DNA from: Halobacteriovoraceae bacterium | GTDB lineage: Bacteria; Bdellovibrionota; Bacteriovoracia; Bacteriovoracales; Bacteriovoracaceae | Length of the DNA stretch: 64,000 bases | Direction: 5' to 3' | Assembly (NCBI GenBank): GCA_963719505.1 | Contig: CAVRCF010000001.1 | Location: forward strand, 928,001 to 992,000 | Shown here: piece by piece, positions 9,759 to 20,317 of the stretch | How the letters are laid out: every line of letters begins with the position of its first letter | Numbering within the stretch: the first letter of the stretch is position 1 | Program-made: the position numbers and the translations under genes | The notes under the pieces: generated by a model | The model's input: only the letters and a program-made list of their open reading frames with translations | What the model was told of the DNA's origin: nothing | Database searches by the model: none

Positions 9759-11591
9759 ATGATGAAATTTGTACGATTTGGACTTTTACTATCAATTTTA
9801 ACGTTTGTGTTTTCATGCGCTACTCAAAGCGAGAAGAAACCAGAAGCTGCAAAAGTTGAAGAGAAGTTATCTTTTGAACAAATAGACAAAAATCTAGAGA
9901 AACTCGTATTAGAAGCAAAGAAAGCAGGTCCAAAAAAGGTTAAGTTCTTCTCAGGTGACCTTTTCCTTAAAGCCAATGCTGCATCTATGCAGGGAGATTA
10001 TAAAACGGCAAATCTTATTTATAAGCACCTAGTCGAACTTGTTCCAAATGATGATTTTGTAAATAAAAAATTCGCGGTCAGCCTCATTAGAACTGGTGAG
10101 CTTAAAAAATCAAAAAATCTTTTAACGACAGTCTTCAATAACTCTGAAGCCCTAGATTCGCAGACCGGTCTTCTTTTAGCTGGCGTTCACTCTAGCCTTG
10201 GAAACTCAAAAGAGGCGAAAACTATTTATAAGAGATTGCTAGCAAAAAATCCAAAAAATGAAGAGGCTTGTGTATTCCTTGGAAAAGCCTATGCACTAGA
10301 AGAGCAAACCAAAAGCGCTGTTAAAACACTGAAGAGTTGTGAAAAAAGAATGAAGGGACAAGGAATTTTCTCTTATTATATTGGAAAGTTATTTGTTGAT
10401 AAGGGTGATCTTAAGACTGCTATGAAGTATTTTAAAAGATCAGCTAAAATTGAGCCAAGTTTTAGCCAGTCAACAATGGCGATCGGTGTTGTCCACGAAG
10501 AAGAAAAAAGAAATGAACAGGCCGCAAAAGTTTATAAGAACTTTTTAACAAAATACCCAAATGATTCATTAATTTTAAATAGAATCGTTCAGCTTTACTT
10601 CTCAACGGAGCAGTTTAAAAAAGTTATCCCGTATGCTGAGAAACTCAGTGACCTAGAGCCTGAGAATTTAAATCTCAAGGTTAAGCTTGGCATTCTCTAT
10701 ACAGATGTAAAAAAATACGATCAAGCAATTTATACTTTTAAGTACCTTTTAAAAAGTGTGCCAAAAAATGATAAGATTCTCTACTATTTAGGAGCGATCT
10801 ACCAAGAAACGGCAGAATATGAAAACGCTATCGAGTACTTCACGTTGATTGGGCCAGACAGTGGCCTTTACCAAGACAGTTCAGTTCAAGTGGCTCAAAT
10901 GCTTTCAAGTCTTGCTAAAGCTGAATCGCAGACAAGTAAGAATGGACCAAACCACGAAAAGTTTGTGACGTTTATCGATAAAAAAATTGGCGAAGGTGAC
11001 CTTGTCGTAGAATTTAGCATTATTAAGGCAAGTTATATGGAAGCTGTTGAGGACCTTCAGCAATCTATAAAGTCTCTAGAGAATGTTGCACAGCTGGAAA
11101 ACTTTACTGACAATCACAAGTACTACTTGGCTTCTTTATACGATAAAGTTGAAGACTATCAGAACTCACAGAAACTTATTTTTAAAATATTAAAAGACGA
11201 TCCACAAAATGCACATGCTTGGAACTTTCTTGGATATTCATTGATTGAGAGAAATGTAGATATGGATAAAGCCTTTGAGTACATATCCAATGCTGTTGAA
11301 ATTGCACCTGAAGATGGTTTTATTAGAGACTCACTTGGATGGTACTACTTTAAGGTGGGAAAAATTGATAAGGCCCTTGATGAATTGCTTGCAGCAATAA
11401 AGGCTGAGCCTACTGATGTTTCTATTCAAAAGCATCTCGCCATCATTTATTCTGAAAAAAGAGACTTTAAAACGGCAAAGAAGCATATTGTTGAAGCGAT
11501 TCGCTACTCTCGAGAAGAGTCAGAGAAACAGGAGCTCAATAAGCTCTTTCAAAATATTGAATCAAAGAGGCTCCCAGCATCATTTAAATAG
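9759..11591 (+). CDS. Tetratricopeptide-repeat lipoprotein
   Basis: Lipobox VFSC, many TPRs, C-terminal NAHAWNFLGYSL...DSLGWYYFK motif. Start refined from 9726 to 9759/9762. Confidence 0.88.
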   Translation: MMKFVRFGLLLSILTFVFSCATQSEKKPEAAKVEEKLSFEQIDKNLEKLVLEAKKAGPKKVKFFSGDLFLKANAASMQGDYKTANLIYKHLVELVPNDDFVNKKFAVSLIRTGELKKSKNLLTTVFNNSEALDSQTGLLLAGVHSSLGNSKEAKTIYKRLLAKNPKNEEACVFLGKAYALEEQTKSAVKTLKSCEKRMKGQGIFSYYIGKLFVDKGDLKTAMKYFKRSAKIEPSFSQSTMAIGVVHEEEKRNEQAAKVYKNFLTKYPNDSLILNRIVQLYFSTEQFKKVIPYAEKLSDLEPENLNLKVKLGILYTDVKKYDQAIYTFKYLLKSVPKNDKILYYLGAIYQETAEYENAIEYFTLIGPDSGLYQDSSVQVAQMLSSLAKAESQTSKNGPNHEKFVTFIDKKIGEGDLVVEFSIIKASYMEAVEDLQQSIKSLENVAQLENFTDNHKYYLASLYDKVEDYQNSQKLIFKILKDDPQNAHAWNFLGYSLIERNVDMDKAFEYISNAVEIAPEDGFIRDSLGWYYFKVGKIDKALDELLAAIKAEPTDVSIQKHLAIIYSEKRDFKTAKKHIVEAIRYSREESEKQELNKLFQNIESKRLPASFK

Positions 11592-11633
11592 GTGCACCTT
11601 GATTTTTGATTAAGATGAGGTCATAGTTTTGAG

Positions 11634-12242
11634 ATGAAAATATTATCTCTATTATGTCTCTTTCTTGTCACTTCTTGCTCGCTTTTAGAGCAGAAGAAAG
11701 TAACCTCTAATATAGACAACGAAATCCCTAAAATTTGTTTAAGCGCAAGTGGTCGTGGACGATTAATTGTATCAGGACATAAATTTCTTTTTAAGTTCAG
11801 ATCAGCACTAGAGCAGGACACCAACGAATGGTTCATGTCTTTGGTCTTTCCCCTTTATGGAGAAGAGAGCTTCTCTATTGAGTGGGATGCACAAAAAGTC
11901 ATCAGCTATAACGCGACCTTTGAAAATAAAATTCTTCAGGACAAAAAGAAAGTTGATCCAGAGGCTTTGAACTCATTTCTTGAAAAATGGGCCGAATTGG
12001 TTTGGGAGATAACAAGGTTTAAGAACCAACAGAAGTTCGATCCAAATTTTGAGTGGAGCACCACTTCGAAAAAGCTTTCAGCATTTAAAAAGCTCTCTGA
12101 TAAATCTTCAATTAAACTTGAATTTAAAAATTTAACGGCCCAAGGATATTTTGGTCGATACGACGTTTTTATGCGCAGCGAGTTGGAAGATGCAGTTAAA
12201 CTCGAACTAATTGTAAGGAAATGTTTGGAAAAGCCCGAGTAA
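11634..12242 (+). CDS. Lipoprotein, possibly LolB-like fold
   Basis: Lipobox VTSC; GRGRL...W.MSL.FPLYG pattern; directly follows the TPR gene. Confidence 0.55.
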   Translation: MKILSLLCLFLVTSCSLLEQKKVTSNIDNEIPKICLSASGRGRLIVSGHKFLFKFRSALEQDTNEWFMSLVFPLYGEESFSIEWDAQKVISYNATFENKILQDKKKVDPEALNSFLEKWAELVWEITRFKNQQKFDPNFEWSTTSKKLSAFKKLSDKSSIKLEFKNLTAQGYFGRYDVFMRSELEDAVKLELIVRKCLEKPE

Positions 12243-12394
12243 AAGTGTCGGAATGGGGCTAAAATATTAAAATTATAAGTGTCAAATTGCACTTATTGTC
12301 ATGACCGGACACATTTAATAAAACACTTTTAAATATTTGTAGTAGTTTAATAACGTTTTTTTATAAATTTAATAAGTTAAAGGCGAGGATCAAA

Positions 12395-14155
12395 ATGATT
12401 AAGAACTTAATGGTAGTTTTAGGCGGAATTATGATTCTGAGTACAAGTTGTACGAAGAAAGTTAATTTAGATGAGAAGACTCTATTTGTGAATGTTGGAG
12501 CTAAAGTAAAAGGCTTTGACCCGGTAAATGCTGGTGATACCTATTCTAGCAATGAGATCTCCCGAATTTATGAAGGACTTCTTACGTATCATTACCTTAA
12601 AAGACCTTATCAGTTAATTCCAAGTCTTGCAGAGGCAATGCCAGAAGTAACAAACAATGGACTCACTTATACTTTTAAAATCAAAAAGGGAGTTTTCTTT
12701 CACGACAATAAATGTTTTCCAAAAGGGAAGGGACGCGAGCTAAAGGCAAAAGATTTTGTCTATGCTGTTATGAGAATGGCCGACACCAAAAATGTTTCAA
12801 CTGGTTGGTGGCTTCTCGATGGAAAGCTTAAAGGTCTCAATGACTGGAGAGACAAATATAAAACTAAAGATGCGAACTACGATGAGAAAGTTGAAGGTGT
12901 TAAAGCTCTCGATGATTATACAGTTCAGTTTAACTTAAGCCAGCAGTACCCTCAGTTCTTATACTCACTTGCGATGGTTTACACTTTTGCTACACCGAGA
13001 GAAGCTGTTGAATACTATGGAGATGACTTTATTAATAACCCGGTTGGAACAGGCGCTTTCATTACAGGTCCTTACACGCAAGCTTCAAGAATTGAGTACA
13101 CTAAAAATCCAAACTACAGGGATGTTTTCTACCCAACTGAAGGGACAGAGGAAGACAAAAAAGCAGGTCTTTTAGCAGACGCTGGAAAAAAACTTCCATT
13201 GGTAGATAAAATTGTTGTCTCAATTATGACTGAATCTCAGCCAGCGTGGCTTTCTTTTGAGAAAGGAAAACTGGACTTCAACAGCATCCCTAAAGACAAC
13301 TTCGACCAAGTTGTTAGTCCTGATAAAGGTGTTACTGATGCCTACGCAAAAAAGGGAATTGTTCTTGAGACCACTCCAGATTTAGATATAACTTATATCG
13401 CTTTTAACCACGAAGACCCTTTATTTAAAAATAATGCTAAGTTAAGACAAGCAATGTCGATGGCTTATGATGGTGAAGAAGCTAACAAACTTTTTTACAA
13501 TGATACTGCTATCTTGGCGCAAACAATCCTTCCTCCTGGAATCCCAGGCTATGATCCTGATTATAAAAATCCTTATAGACAATTTAATGTTGAAGGAGCA
13601 AAGAAACTTTTAGCAGAAGCTGGTTATAAAGATGGAAAAGGTCTTCCTGTTATACAGTATGACACAACAGCAACAACTGTTTCACGTCAGATGGCCGAGT
13701 ATCTAAAAAAACAAATGGAAAGAATAAACGTTAAGATTCAGATTAATACTAATACCTGGCCACAGCTGACAAAAAAAGTGAAAACGAAACAGTCACAAAT
13801 GTTTGGAATGGCATGGCTTGGAGATTATCCTGATGCTGAAAACTTTTTACAATTAACGTATGGACCGAACGCAGCTCCAGGTCCCAATGGTTCAAACTAT
13901 AACAATAAAAAGTTCAACGAAGGTCTAGCAAAAGCATCAAAGATGCAACCAAGTCCTGAAAGAGCAAAAATCTACGCTAAACTTGCTCAAGATTCAGCTG
14001 AAGATGTGGCTTATATTTACGGTGTTCACAGAACAAGTTTTGTAGTTAAACATTCTTGGTTAAAAAACTATAAATTTTCTACTTTCTCTGCTGGTAACTC
14101 TAGATACCTTAATCTTGATATGAAGAAAAAAGCTGAAATGATTAATAAGCTATAA
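12395..14155 (+). CDS. Oligopeptide/dipeptide ABC transporter substrate-binding lipoprotein (family 5)
   Basis: Lipobox STSC; GFDP, YEGLL, PSLAE, YTFKIKKGVFFHD and PVGTGAF motifs. Confidence 0.92.
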   Translation: MIKNLMVVLGGIMILSTSCTKKVNLDEKTLFVNVGAKVKGFDPVNAGDTYSSNEISRIYEGLLTYHYLKRPYQLIPSLAEAMPEVTNNGLTYTFKIKKGVFFHDNKCFPKGKGRELKAKDFVYAVMRMADTKNVSTGWWLLDGKLKGLNDWRDKYKTKDANYDEKVEGVKALDDYTVQFNLSQQYPQFLYSLAMVYTFATPREAVEYYGDDFINNPVGTGAFITGPYTQASRIEYTKNPNYRDVFYPTEGTEEDKKAGLLADAGKKLPLVDKIVVSIMTESQPAWLSFEKGKLDFNSIPKDNFDQVVSPDKGVTDAYAKKGIVLETTPDLDITYIAFNHEDPLFKNNAKLRQAMSMAYDGEEANKLFYNDTAILAQTILPPGIPGYDPDYKNPYRQFNVEGAKKLLAEAGYKDGKGLPVIQYDTTATTVSRQMAEYLKKQMERINVKIQINTNTWPQLTKKVKTKQSQMFGMAWLGDYPDAENFLQLTYGPNAAPGPNGSNYNNKKFNEGLAKASKMQPSPERAKIYAKLAQDSAEDVAYIYGVHRTSFVVKHSWLKNYKFSTFSAGNSRYLNLDMKKKAEMINKL

Positions 14156-14171
14156 GAAGTAGGACTTTTTA

Positions 14172-15116
14172 ATGAATGGAAATTGGAATTATATATTTAG
14201 AAGACTTCTCTACCTCATCCCGGTTTTGCTAGGGGTTTGTGGGCTGGTCTTTGTTCTTTTTAATGTGGTTGCAGGAGATCCGACAATGCTTCTTTTAGGA
14301 AAGCATGCGGATGCTCAGCAGATGGCAGACTTGAGAGCGCAACTTGGCCTTGATAAAAGCATGATTGCACAGTATTTTGATATTGTTCAGTCTGCTTTTA
14401 CTTTTGACTTTGGAAGAAGCTGGGCCACGAAACAACAAATAAGTGAGATGCTTGTTCAAGGTGCGATCCCTTCTTTGACACTTACGATCCCAGGGTTCTT
14501 CTTGTCTTTTGTGATTAGTCTTACACTCGCTATCGTGGTTGCATACTATAGAGGGAGAGGAATCGATCTCTTTATAAGATTTTTAGCTATCGCTCTCATG
14601 AGTATTTCATCCTTAGTTTACATCTTAGTCTTTCAAAAGTGGTTGGCTTTCGAGCTTGGTCTCTTTGAGATTTCTGGCTATGAATATGGCTTCCCAAATT
14701 TTATCCCTTACATAGCACTTCCCGTCATCATTTGGGTTGTTTTGAGTATTGGTCCCGATGTTAGATTTTACCGAACAATTATTTTAGATGAGATCTATCA
14801 AGACTATGTTCGTACAGCTAGAGCGAAGGGCTTAGGTGAGGGAACAATTCTTTTTAAGCACGTTTTGAGAAATGCTCTTATTCCTGTTATCACTTACACC
14901 GTCGTTCAGTTGCCTTTTTTAATTCTTGGAGCTCTCCTTTTAGAGAGTTTTTTCAGTATTCCAGGGCTCGGTGGTATGGTTTTATCAGCGGTCAACGCAT
15001 CAGATTTTCCAGTGATTAAAGCCATGGCAATCCTTTCAGCTATTGCCTATATCCTATTCACATTGGTGTCGGATATTTTATACACTTTGGTCGATCCAAG
15101 AGTTAAACTTAATTAG
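14172..15116 (+). CDS. Peptide ABC transporter permease (OppB/DppB type)
   Basis: EAA loop DYVRTARAKGL; ends LVDPRV. Confidence 0.93.
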   Translation: MNGNWNYIFRRLLYLIPVLLGVCGLVFVLFNVVAGDPTMLLLGKHADAQQMADLRAQLGLDKSMIAQYFDIVQSAFTFDFGRSWATKQQISEMLVQGAIPSLTLTIPGFFLSFVISLTLAIVVAYYRGRGIDLFIRFLAIALMSISSLVYILVFQKWLAFELGLFEISGYEYGFPNFIPYIALPVIIWVVLSIGPDVRFYRTIILDEIYQDYVRTARAKGLGEGTILFKHVLRNALIPVITYTVVQLPFLILGALLLESFFSIPGLGGMVLSAVNASDFPVIKAMAILSAIAYILFTLVSDILYTLVDPRVKLN

Positions 15117-15136
15117 AAATAGATAAGGTTAGATAA

Positions 15137-16051
15137 ATGAATACAGAAGTTTTATTAAAAGAAGCAGATCCACAAGCCGCTCTAGAAGTGACAGAGAGTC
15201 GCTCTTTATGGGCCGAGGCTTGGGTTCGAATTAAAAAAGATAAAATTGCCCTGACATGTCTTATTGTCGTCCTCCTTTATGGACTCGTTGGTATACTCTC
15301 ATCCTTAGGGTTAATAGCGGCAGATTGGGCGCGAGAAGTTGGACCAAGCTACGCGCCTCCTTTTGAGAACTGGGATTATATTCTAGGAACTGATATTTTT
15401 GGTCGCGATGTTTTAAAGAAAGTTATTCATGGTACTCAGGTTGCCATGAGTGTTGGACTTGTTTCTTCCTTGATAGCGATTCCAATTGGACTTACCTTAG
15501 GTGCTCTTGCAGGATATTTTGGTGGCTGGGTCGATGAAGTCATCGTTTGGTTTTATACAACAGTTTCAAGTATACCGAGTATCATTCTTCTTATGAGTAT
15601 CGCCTTTGTTTTAGGTAAAGGGCTTACGACTGTCTATATCGCTCTTGGTTTAACGAGTTGGGTAGGGCTTTGTCGCCTTATTCGTGGTGAAGTTATTAAG
15701 CATAAAAATAGAGAATATGTTCAAGCTGCATCTGCACTAGGTGCAGGACATGGAAGAAAGCTCTTTAAGCATATTGTTCCCAATGTTACTCATATCGTGA
15801 TTATTTTTACATCACTTCAATTTCAAGTGGCCATAAAATCTGAAGTTATTCTCTCTTATATCGGACTTGGAGTTTCTGGACAACCAAGCTGGGGGACAAT
15901 GATTGATGATGCAAAAATGGAACTTGCCAGAGACGTATGGTGGCAGCTGTTTGGAGCAACAATTGCTATGTTCTTTGTTGTTTTAGCATTTAATATTCTA
16001 GGGGACGCACTACGTGATGCTCTCGATCCAAAACTTAAAGGAAAAGGTTAA
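15137..16051 (+). CDS. Peptide ABC transporter permease (OppC/DppC type)
   Basis: LGTDIFGRD, EYVQAASALGA, GDALRDALDPK. Confidence 0.93.
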   Translation: MNTEVLLKEADPQAALEVTESRSLWAEAWVRIKKDKIALTCLIVVLLYGLVGILSSLGLIAADWAREVGPSYAPPFENWDYILGTDIFGRDVLKKVIHGTQVAMSVGLVSSLIAIPIGLTLGALAGYFGGWVDEVIVWFYTTVSSIPSIILLMSIAFVLGKGLTTVYIALGLTSWVGLCRLIRGEVIKHKNREYVQAASALGAGHGRKLFKHIVPNVTHIVIIFTSLQFQVAIKSEVILSYIGLGVSGQPSWGTMIDDAKMELARDVWWQLFGATIAMFFVVLAFNILGDALRDALDPKLKGKG

Positions 16052-16056
16052 TATCA

Positions 16057-17787
16057 ATGAGTGATTTATTAAGTATTAAAGATCTATGTGTTGATTTCAA
16101 TACTGGCGACGGAATAGTTCGTGCCGTTAATAATGTTTCGTTTGATGTACCAAAAGGTAAGACGATCGGTCTTGTTGGTGAATCAGGTTCAGGAAAGTCA
16201 GTCACAAGTATGGCCGCAATGAGACTTATTCCAAATCCTCCAGGGAAAATTACTGGCGGACAAATAATGTTCCAAGGAAAAGATTTAGTTAAAGCGTCTG
16301 AGGATGAAATGAGAAAGATTAGAGGAAAAGAGATCTCTATGATTTTTCAAGAGCCTATGACTTCTTTGAATCCAGTGTTTAGAGTCGGAGATCAGGTCGC
16401 TGAAATTCTGATTCTTCATATGAATATGACAAAAAAGCAGGCTTGGAATAGAGCTGTGGAACTTCTAGATCAGGTTGGAATTCCAGATCCGAAAAGAAGT
16501 GCTCTTAAATATCCACATGAGATGAGTGGGGGACAAAAGCAAAGAGTTGTTATCGCTATCGCTATCGCTTGTGAACCAAAACTACTTATTGCTGATGAGC
16601 CAACGACAGCTCTTGATGTAACGATTCAGAAACAAGTTTTAGATCTCATGTTTGATCTTCAACAGAAATATAAAATGGGTCTTCTTTTTATTACCCATGA
16701 TTTAGGTGTTATTGCTGATATTGCTGACGAAGTTGTTGTTATGTACAGAAGTAACCTTGTTGAGTCTGGTGGTACAAAAAAGATTTTTACAGCGGCGGGA
16801 CATCCTTATACGAAAGGGCTTTTGGCTTGTCGACCAGCTCTTGATAGAAATCCAGAGAGACTTTTAACTGTCAGTGACTTCATGAATGAAAAGGGAGAGG
16901 AAATCCTTCTTGATGAATCAAAAGTTAAAAAGATCGATAAAAAGTTTGAATTCACCGAGCAAAAAAATCCTGTTCTTTTAGAGGTAAATAACCTTCATGT
17001 TGATTTTCCCATTAAAGGTGGGATTTTTGGTAGAACTGTAAATCATTTCAAAGCTGTAAACTCTGTTTCTTTTAAGCTGAGAAAAGGAATGACTCTGGGA
17101 CTTGTTGGAGAGTCTGGTTGTGGAAAGACGACCCTAGGAAGAGCGATCCTTCGCCTTATCGAGCCAAGTGAAGGTCAAGTTCTCTATAACGGAATTGATG
17201 TAACAAAATTAGATAAGAAACAATTAAGAGAGATGAGAAGTAAAATTCAAATCATTTTTCAAGACCCGTATTCATCTTTAAATCCAAGAATGACTATTCA
17301 AGAGATTTTACTAGAGCCAATGGATCTTCATAAGATTGGAGCTAATAAAGCGGAGAAAATTGAAAAAGCGAAATGGTTAATGGAAAAAGTTGGATTGAAA
17401 TCAAATCAACTCTCTCGTTATCCTCATGAGTTCTCAGGTGGGCAGAGACAAAGAATTTGTATCGCTCGTGCCTTAGCAGTTAATCCTGAATTCATTATCT
17501 GTGATGAGTCTGTTTCAGCTCTTGATGTTTCAGTTCAAGCCCAAGTTTTGAATCTTCTTTTAGATCTTCAAGAAGAATTTGGACTGACTTATGTCTTCAT
17601 TTCTCATGATCTGTCTGTTGTAAACTTTATTTCAGATGAAGTGGCCGTTATGAATAGTGGAGTAATTGTCGAGCATGATCATGCAAATGAAGTTTATTTG
17701 CGTCCTAAAAAGGATTACACAAAAGCTCTGCTTTCAGCCATCCCAAAAGGGATACCAAAAGAGCTTTTAGCGGAACAAAATAGTTAA
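16057..17787 (+). CDS. Peptide ABC transporter ATP-binding protein, fused OppD/OppF type
   Basis: Two ABC domains: GESGSGKS and GESGCGKT, each with an SGGQ signature. Confidence 0.95.
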   Translation: MSDLLSIKDLCVDFNTGDGIVRAVNNVSFDVPKGKTIGLVGESGSGKSVTSMAAMRLIPNPPGKITGGQIMFQGKDLVKASEDEMRKIRGKEISMIFQEPMTSLNPVFRVGDQVAEILILHMNMTKKQAWNRAVELLDQVGIPDPKRSALKYPHEMSGGQKQRVVIAIAIACEPKLLIADEPTTALDVTIQKQVLDLMFDLQQKYKMGLLFITHDLGVIADIADEVVVMYRSNLVESGGTKKIFTAAGHPYTKGLLACRPALDRNPERLLTVSDFMNEKGEEILLDESKVKKIDKKFEFTEQKNPVLLEVNNLHVDFPIKGGIFGRTVNHFKAVNSVSFKLRKGMTLGLVGESGCGKTTLGRAILRLIEPSEGQVLYNGIDVTKLDKKQLREMRSKIQIIFQDPYSSLNPRMTIQEILLEPMDLHKIGANKAEKIEKAKWLMEKVGLKSNQLSRYPHEFSGGQRQRICIARALAVNPEFIICDESVSALDVSVQAQVLNLLLDLQEEFGLTYVFISHDLSVVNFISDEVAVMNSGVIVEHDHANEVYLRPKKDYTKALLSAIPKGIPKELLAEQNS

Positions 17788-17803
17788 ATTCGAGGGTCTA
17801 GAT

Positions 17804-19252
17804 TTAGACCCTTTTTTTATCAAAAATTTGACCTTTCAAAATAAGAAAAAGAGTGGATATCCCAAAGCCCCAATAGACATTCCATTGCCATGGCCACTCA
17901 AGAAGACTGGTGTTGATATAAACGGCTATCGCTCCAAGAATATATGATCCAAAAACACTTTTGGCATCTAAGTTAACCAAAGTCATTGCAGGCCAAATAA
18001 CACTAGCGAAGAAAAGGGCCAGTAGTGATCCTGCAGTCCAAGAGGTGATTTGAAGTCCCAAGATAAGAAGTCCATCTGACTTTGAAGCGACAAAGGCTAC
18101 AATAAGGAGTAGGGCAGTGATGACCAGTGTATCCCTTTTATAGAAGAAGCTTATTTTATCTCTATCATGTGTCGTGTGATGGGCTATATCATTATAGAAA
18201 CAAGAAGAAAGGGCATTTATAGTTGAGTCAAGAGTACTCATTGTCGCCGCTAAAACACCTGCAACCATAAGACCTTTTAAGCCCGAGGGAAAGTATTCAG
18301 TAATGAAAAAAGCAAAGAGCTTGTCGTTAGAAATATCTGGGGGCGTGTGAGTTTGATAATAGCTCCAAAGCAATGCTCCTATGCTTAAAAATAAAAATCC
18401 AACAGCAATCGATAGAAAGGTTGATGTTATTATTGCCTTTTGAGCAGTTTTCATCGAGCGATTTGCCGTAAGTCTTTGCGCAAAGTCTTGATCTACACCA
18501 TGAGTTGCCATGTCAAAGAGAATTCCCCCTACGACACCTGTAACAAAAGGCCAAGGATTTGAAAAATTAAAGAAGCTTGTTTTATCGTTATCAAAAGCGG
18601 TCGTCATTAAATTCATCCAAGAGTCACCAGCTAAATCGGGAATGAGATAATGGGCCACGAGTCCCCCTAAAATAAAGAGACCCATCTGTACCATATCCGT
18701 TCTAACAACAGCTTTTAGTCCACCAATCAAAGTATAAAAGAAAGTGATAATACAAATGAGAGCTACAGCGAGATAAATACTGACGTTGAAAAATTCAGCC
18801 ACTAAGATGGAACCAGAAAAGAGCCTTACTCCCACCGCAAGTAATTTATTCAAAAAATAAAAACTTGCCACAGTTCTTTGGCCATTTTTATTTCCTCTCT
18901 TGGCCATAACAGAATAGATCGTGATGCCTTGGTCATAAACTTTTGGAAGGATGACAACGGCAATAAGGATTCTTCCAAATAGAGCACCCATGTATATTTG
19001 AATAAAGGAGAAGTCTGCACCATAAGCAAAAGCGGGTATTCCTAAAAATGTTAAAGCTGAAACTTCAGTTGCGATGATTGAAAAAAGACTTTCTGAAAAA
19101 GTCAGGCTTTTATTGGCCAGGTATTGTTCCTCAATAAGGTTATCACCATTTTGACTGGCCATCTTGCCAGACTTAAAAGCTAGAATAAAGATTCCAACTA
19201 GATAGAGGAGTATGACAGTATAATCAAGCGCGGAAATTTCAATATTTTTCAT
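17804..19252 (-). CDS. Sodium:solute symporter (SSS) family transporter
   Basis: SIIATEVSALTFLGIP, GGLKAVVRTD and AATMSTLDS motifs; many TM helices. Confidence 0.9.
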   Translation of the reverse strand: MKNIEISALDYTVILLYLVGIFILAFKSGKMASQNGDNLIEEQYLANKSLTFSESLFSIIATEVSALTFLGIPAFAYGADFSFIQIYMGALFGRILIAVVILPKVYDQGITIYSVMAKRGNKNGQRTVASFYFLNKLLAVGVRLFSGSILVAEFFNVSIYLAVALICIITFFYTLIGGLKAVVRTDMVQMGLFILGGLVAHYLIPDLAGDSWMNLMTTAFDNDKTSFFNFSNPWPFVTGVVGGILFDMATHGVDQDFAQRLTANRSMKTAQKAIITSTFLSIAVGFLFLSIGALLWSYYQTHTPPDISNDKLFAFFITEYFPSGLKGLMVAGVLAATMSTLDSTINALSSCFYNDIAHHTTHDRDKISFFYKRDTLVITALLLIVAFVASKSDGLLILGLQITSWTAGSLLALFFASVIWPAMTLVNLDAKSVFGSYILGAIAVYINTSLLEWPWQWNVYWGFGISTLFLILKGQIFDKKRV

Positions 19253-19308
19253 GCTTTTTGATACCTGAGTAGAATACTTTTAGCAATGAGAAAAAGAGTA
19301 TAAACCTT

Positions 19309-19335
19309 TAACAAATCTTAATATTCTTCCGATAA
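19309..19335 (+). promoter_or_regulatory. Probable sigma28-type promoter
   Basis: TAAC-N15-TCCGATAA upstream of 19373. Confidence 0.5.
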
Positions 19336-19372
19336 GCCCATAAGGGATTTAAGGATAAGTCCCAGAGGATTT

Positions 19373-20317
19373 ATGGAATATAAAGTTGATGGACTAACAT
19401 TCACAGACAAAGATCTGGACGCAAATTTTGTGGTGCCAAAAATTGGTGGAATCTCCAGTGCTTTTTATTTCTTTATTCCTAAACATTCTTCAAAAGCATT
19501 TACCCTTTTAAAACCAGGTCAATATATCTCAAAAGAAATAGGAAGTAGACTTGGCGCAAAGCAAACCTATAGTTTTACTTTTTGCGATAATCAATTCTGT
19601 AAAGAGCTAGAAGAGGCTCTTCACGCTTTAAAAAATTCAACAAATCAGATCGAGAGAATTCGTACAGGGCTTTTTCTAGAAAAAACGATTATGGAAAGCT
19701 TTGATGGCTCTTTAAAAATAGGTCTCTCTCTTCTTAAAACTTTCTTTGAAGAGTTTTATGAAATGAATCCAAAAATCGCTTATCTTCTAGATCAAAAAAG
19801 TGAAGTTCTTTTTCAACGATCTCTTTGTGTTGCAAGCTTCTCCATCATTTATTCTCTTCGCTGCGGGATTGTGGATTTTAATTTTTTAAAGAAAACCTTC
19901 AATGTTTTAATATGTCTTGATATCGGACTCGTCCTTGATGAGGAACTGACTTCCAATACCCTTGTTGCCTGTGAATTAGAGCGTAAGATAAGCGGACAAG
20001 GCCAAGAATTTATAAAACATCTTTCAATAAAAGAGCAAGATTTATTCCTTTCTCATCCTCAAAAAGGGGTGGATTTTCTTTCGAGGGTCCTTGATCAAGA
20101 CGAGTATGACTCTGTTGTCGAGCTAGTAGGGGGGCATCATCAGTACGGAAGTTCTAGCGGCTTTCCAAAGTCTTTTTCGTCAGCAGAACTTACAAACTTT
20201 GAGCAGATAGTTTTGTTTTGTGATTCAAAAATTCCTTTCATAGATGATCTTCTTGAATCTCAAAAAATATTTAAAACTATTTTAAATTTTCTAATGAATG
20301 AAAAGGAGGCTGCTTGA
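19373..20317 (+). CDS. Degenerate HD-GYP-like domain protein
   Basis: CLDIG in place of HDIG; HPQKG; HHQYGSSSGFPK resembles HHE..DGSGYP. Confidence 0.65.
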   Translation: MEYKVDGLTFTDKDLDANFVVPKIGGISSAFYFFIPKHSSKAFTLLKPGQYISKEIGSRLGAKQTYSFTFCDNQFCKELEEALHALKNSTNQIERIRTGLFLEKTIMESFDGSLKIGLSLLKTFFEEFYEMNPKIAYLLDQKSEVLFQRSLCVASFSIIYSLRCGIVDFNFLKKTFNVLICLDIGLVLDEELTSNTLVACELERKISGQGQEFIKHLSIKEQDLFLSHPQKGVDFLSRVLDQDEYDSVVELVGGHHQYGSSSGFPKSFSSAELTNFEQIVLFCDSKIPFIDDLLESQKIFKTILNFLMNEKEAA

